From Octopus bimaculoides (Eukaryota), in the NCBI RefSeq assembly GCF_001194135.2, contig NC_068985.1, forward strand, positions 121,665,734 to 121,729,733: a stretch of 64,000 nucleotides of DNA. The letters run 5' to 3'. Positions within the stretch are counted from its first letter, which is position 1. Each line of letters starts with the position of its first letter. The notes beneath the pieces were generated by a model. It was not told the origin of the DNA, did not search any database, and saw nothing but the letters and a program-made list of their open reading frames with translations. Below are positions 61,003-64,000 of the stretch, piece after piece. The translations under genes were made by a program, and so were the position numbers.

Positions 61003-63151
61003 CTGTGATAGGAAAAAGCCAGTTCTTGCCTTTCAAAATTAAATCAATTTTTAAAAAAAGCAAAAGCAAAAAAATTGTTTGGTTCAATAAATAAAATAAC
61101 TGTTCTTGTCCATAGGGTTAAAGCAAATTAAACTTGAATGTTAAGTCTTATCACATGAACAGTAACAAGACAAAAAAATAATACTCTTCAAAACTTTTTC
61201 ACTGGTTAGTTTTCTTTAAAAGTTGGGACAAAATCATTTCAAACTTTAAAATAAGCAATATTGTTGAAACATGACATTATATATGTAACTTCTTCTAATC
61301 CATAATTTTTTTTTTGTCATTAAGTTCTAAAATTGATTTCATTATTAAAGTTGGAAATATTTCAAAAATTGTTTTTGTTTGGGATTGCTTAATACACACA
61401 CACACACACATAATAATAATAATAATGCAAACATTAGTAATCTTGTTAAGCTCCTCACAGTCACCAAAGTGAGTTTCCCCAAGTCATCCTTAAAGTGAAT
61501 AACTTCAATTTTTGAATATATGCATGCTCATATCCTGATAAATAGATTATGTATTTAAGACATAAGGCTGTACAGAGATGACGGATTAACAACCTGCTAC
61601 ATAAAGAGAAAAAAAAGACAGGTTAGAATAGAAATAATAAGTACTTAATTTTAAAATTATAGCTAAAATCATTATGCAATCAACTTCCTTTACACTGCAT
61701 TATGTATTATAAAAAGACAAATGTGAAATTTATATATGACAAAAATCTTTATCATCAACAAATAAATTTTTAAGAACATTAAAAGGATTTCCAATATTTC
61801 CTGACACAAAGATATTTAGTCAGATCACACACAAACTCAGTGAAAAACAAGACTATGCCTAAACAAGAGCAGCCAGAGAGTGAGAGAGAGTATCACTAAG
61901 CTATCGTCTATAAACACAAGCTATTTAATAAAAAATAATATTAAAGTTGGCTATAGTTGGATGATCATTACAAATATATTATTCACTAACATATAAAGAG
62001 ACACCATTAACTCATCATTTGAATGCAAATGCCTGATAAATAGTGACCACCTTAAAAAAGCATTACTGAACCAAGTTCTTGATGTCAGATTGAAAAAAAA
62101 AAGATAAGTTGGGCTCATGGAGAATTCATTCAAAAGTTGACATACAGAACACATCCATTCCTTATCAGTAAGTAAACCAATAACTAAATGTCATTTTCTG
62201 CTTCAATGAATCTCTGTTGAAGAAAAAATACAATACATGCATGCAGCTTTTCTACATGTTCCATACAAAAAGTCTCTCAAAATGGGGGCATTTTTAAAGA
62301 GCTCACTTCAGTTACAGGTCAGTTAATTTAGCTTTAACAGATAGAATGAACACTGCTGGCAGTTTATTTGAGTCAAACCACTTCCACTGACAAATGGAAG
62401 TGGATATATAACAAGATGAGATATTAAAGCTGAACTGCTTTTGATAAGAGGCTGGTTCATTCAAAGCTGATCTGGCAGTTATAAAATAGCAAATGGGTTC
62501 AGAGTTAGACTGTCTGACAGGCATCAAGAACTCTGAAGTTTAACATCAGAAACCAAGCCACTCACATTAAGAACTTTAGAGAAAACTCAAAATAAATGAA
62601 TGAATAGAACTCCGCTTCACATATACAGTACCCTTGCTCACTTTCTCTGTCAAACACATTCACAAGACCAATACAGCAGTAGAAATACTACAGTATACAC
62701 ACTCCCATATCTCAGTTCTAGTTTCTTTTCACTCATGTTGCCATTGGCCTTGAGGAAAGCATGACTGTTGTCACTCGCATTACATTGAAAATCATTAGTG
62801 TTTATAATCTACTGATGGATATTTTGAATCCTGAAAGACCAAGCAACTTATTTTGTGAAAAAAGAAAAATATTCTATACAAATATTTGTAAAATGCAGCC
62901 CACAGCCCTACTATAACATGACTATTGGTATTCCTACAATGTCATTGAAAAAAGAAAAGAAAAAAATTCACACCAAATAGGTTTAAGAAAACCCAGAAAG
63001 ACCTAAGAAAAATAGCAAGATAAAAGCAGATTTATTAAATTTAAGAAATAATAATAATAATAATAATATAAATGTTAAACCAAAGAGACTAAAAATTTGC
63101 ATTAATTGTATTAAAAAAAAACATCTCGTGATTTTATAGCTNNNNNNNNNN

Positions 63152-63194
<43 letters not shown>

Positions 63195-64000
63195 CAGTAA
63201 TTTCTGTGGTTTTAAAAGAGTTAATATTTCTTGTATCTTACTAAGCAAACAATATTTTAAACATGTATTTATTTTTTTAATTACCAAAGATTTATGTATA
63301 TAGATAAATTTCCAAATAAAAAAAAAACAATTATACAGTATAGAACATTTTCGTATATACAAGTACACAACTATAAATTTTCTAATTGTTGGTAGTTTAA
63401 TTTTTTCCTAAAAGGCTCTTGAAAATGATGTGCATCAATCTATTTATATATACCGTGACAAAGTTCACTTTGAACTAATAAAATTATCCCATCTGAGATA
63501 AGTGTGTATGTGTATGCATATATATATATACACACACACACACATGTTAAAAGCATGCTAATCTATTTTAAGGCAAATTTGGGCAGTCATTGACAAATGG
63601 AATTCAATTAGATTTAACTGCAAAATTTTATGACATCAGTGATAAAAGCTGAAACTGAAAATAACAAAACTGATGATTTTCCATGTAAGAATAGAGTAAA
63701 TTTATAGTAAATAGCATCACAGAAACAACTGTAGAGGCATCAAGGAAAATATTGGTACGGAAATAAGGCTGAAAAGAAATTGAACAAATACAGAACAAAT
63801 ATGTCGCTAAAACATAGCTAAAATTGTCAATGTTTTAGTCAGGTGGTTCTNNNNNNNNNNNNNNNNNNNNNNNNNNNNNNNNNNNNNNNNTGAAAATAGT
63901 GGGGTTGTTGGTTTCATTTACTTTCTTTTATTCCAGATGAGATTTTCACATCTGAAAATCATCAATGGAATAAATTTTCTGAAAACAAATCAATACATTT

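Noticed and set aside
63920-64000. Plus-strand acceptor-like ttattccag followed by an open frame to the window end
   Set aside because: Only about 55 nt, next to a gap, with no recognisable peptide; cannot be supported.
61030-64000. Search for the SAP-domain or start exon of the gene
   Set aside because: No SAP-like peptide or convincing coding exon found; the short ORFs at 61951-62154 and 62312-62527 lack family similarity.

Overview
AT-rich, gap-containing (N runs), microsatellite-rich eukaryotic DNA. Its SINE/LINE repertoire looks like octopus/coleoid cephalopod (inferred from repeat families I recognise, not verified). One host gene dominates: a minus-strand hnRNP U-family (HNRNPU/HNRNPUL1-like) gene. 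I traced 10 GT-AG exons in consistent phase from 61002 to the stop at 24808, about 1588 codons. They encode SPRY, a P-loop (AAA_33-like) domain and a roughly 1150-aa low-complexity tail in a single 3444-nt last exon. The 5' exons were not found and probably lie beyond the window. The rest is mostly transposon debris: an L1/Tx1-like LINE, RTE LINE pieces, tRNA-derived SINEs, a Gmr1-type Gypsy remnant (integrase before RT) with its LTR and a repeated PBS junction, Tc1, two mariners, pogo/Tigger, piggyBac, Helitron, a hAT MITE and Penelope-like remnants. The most interesting items are the giant FUS/TAF15-like plus mixed-charge tail, hammerhead-ribozyme motifs in a long inverted repeat (2871-3142), a TSD-flanked intronic Penelope/RTE chimera with inverted pseudo-LTRs (35767-36890), and the tandem LTR-end/PBS array (6045-6220).
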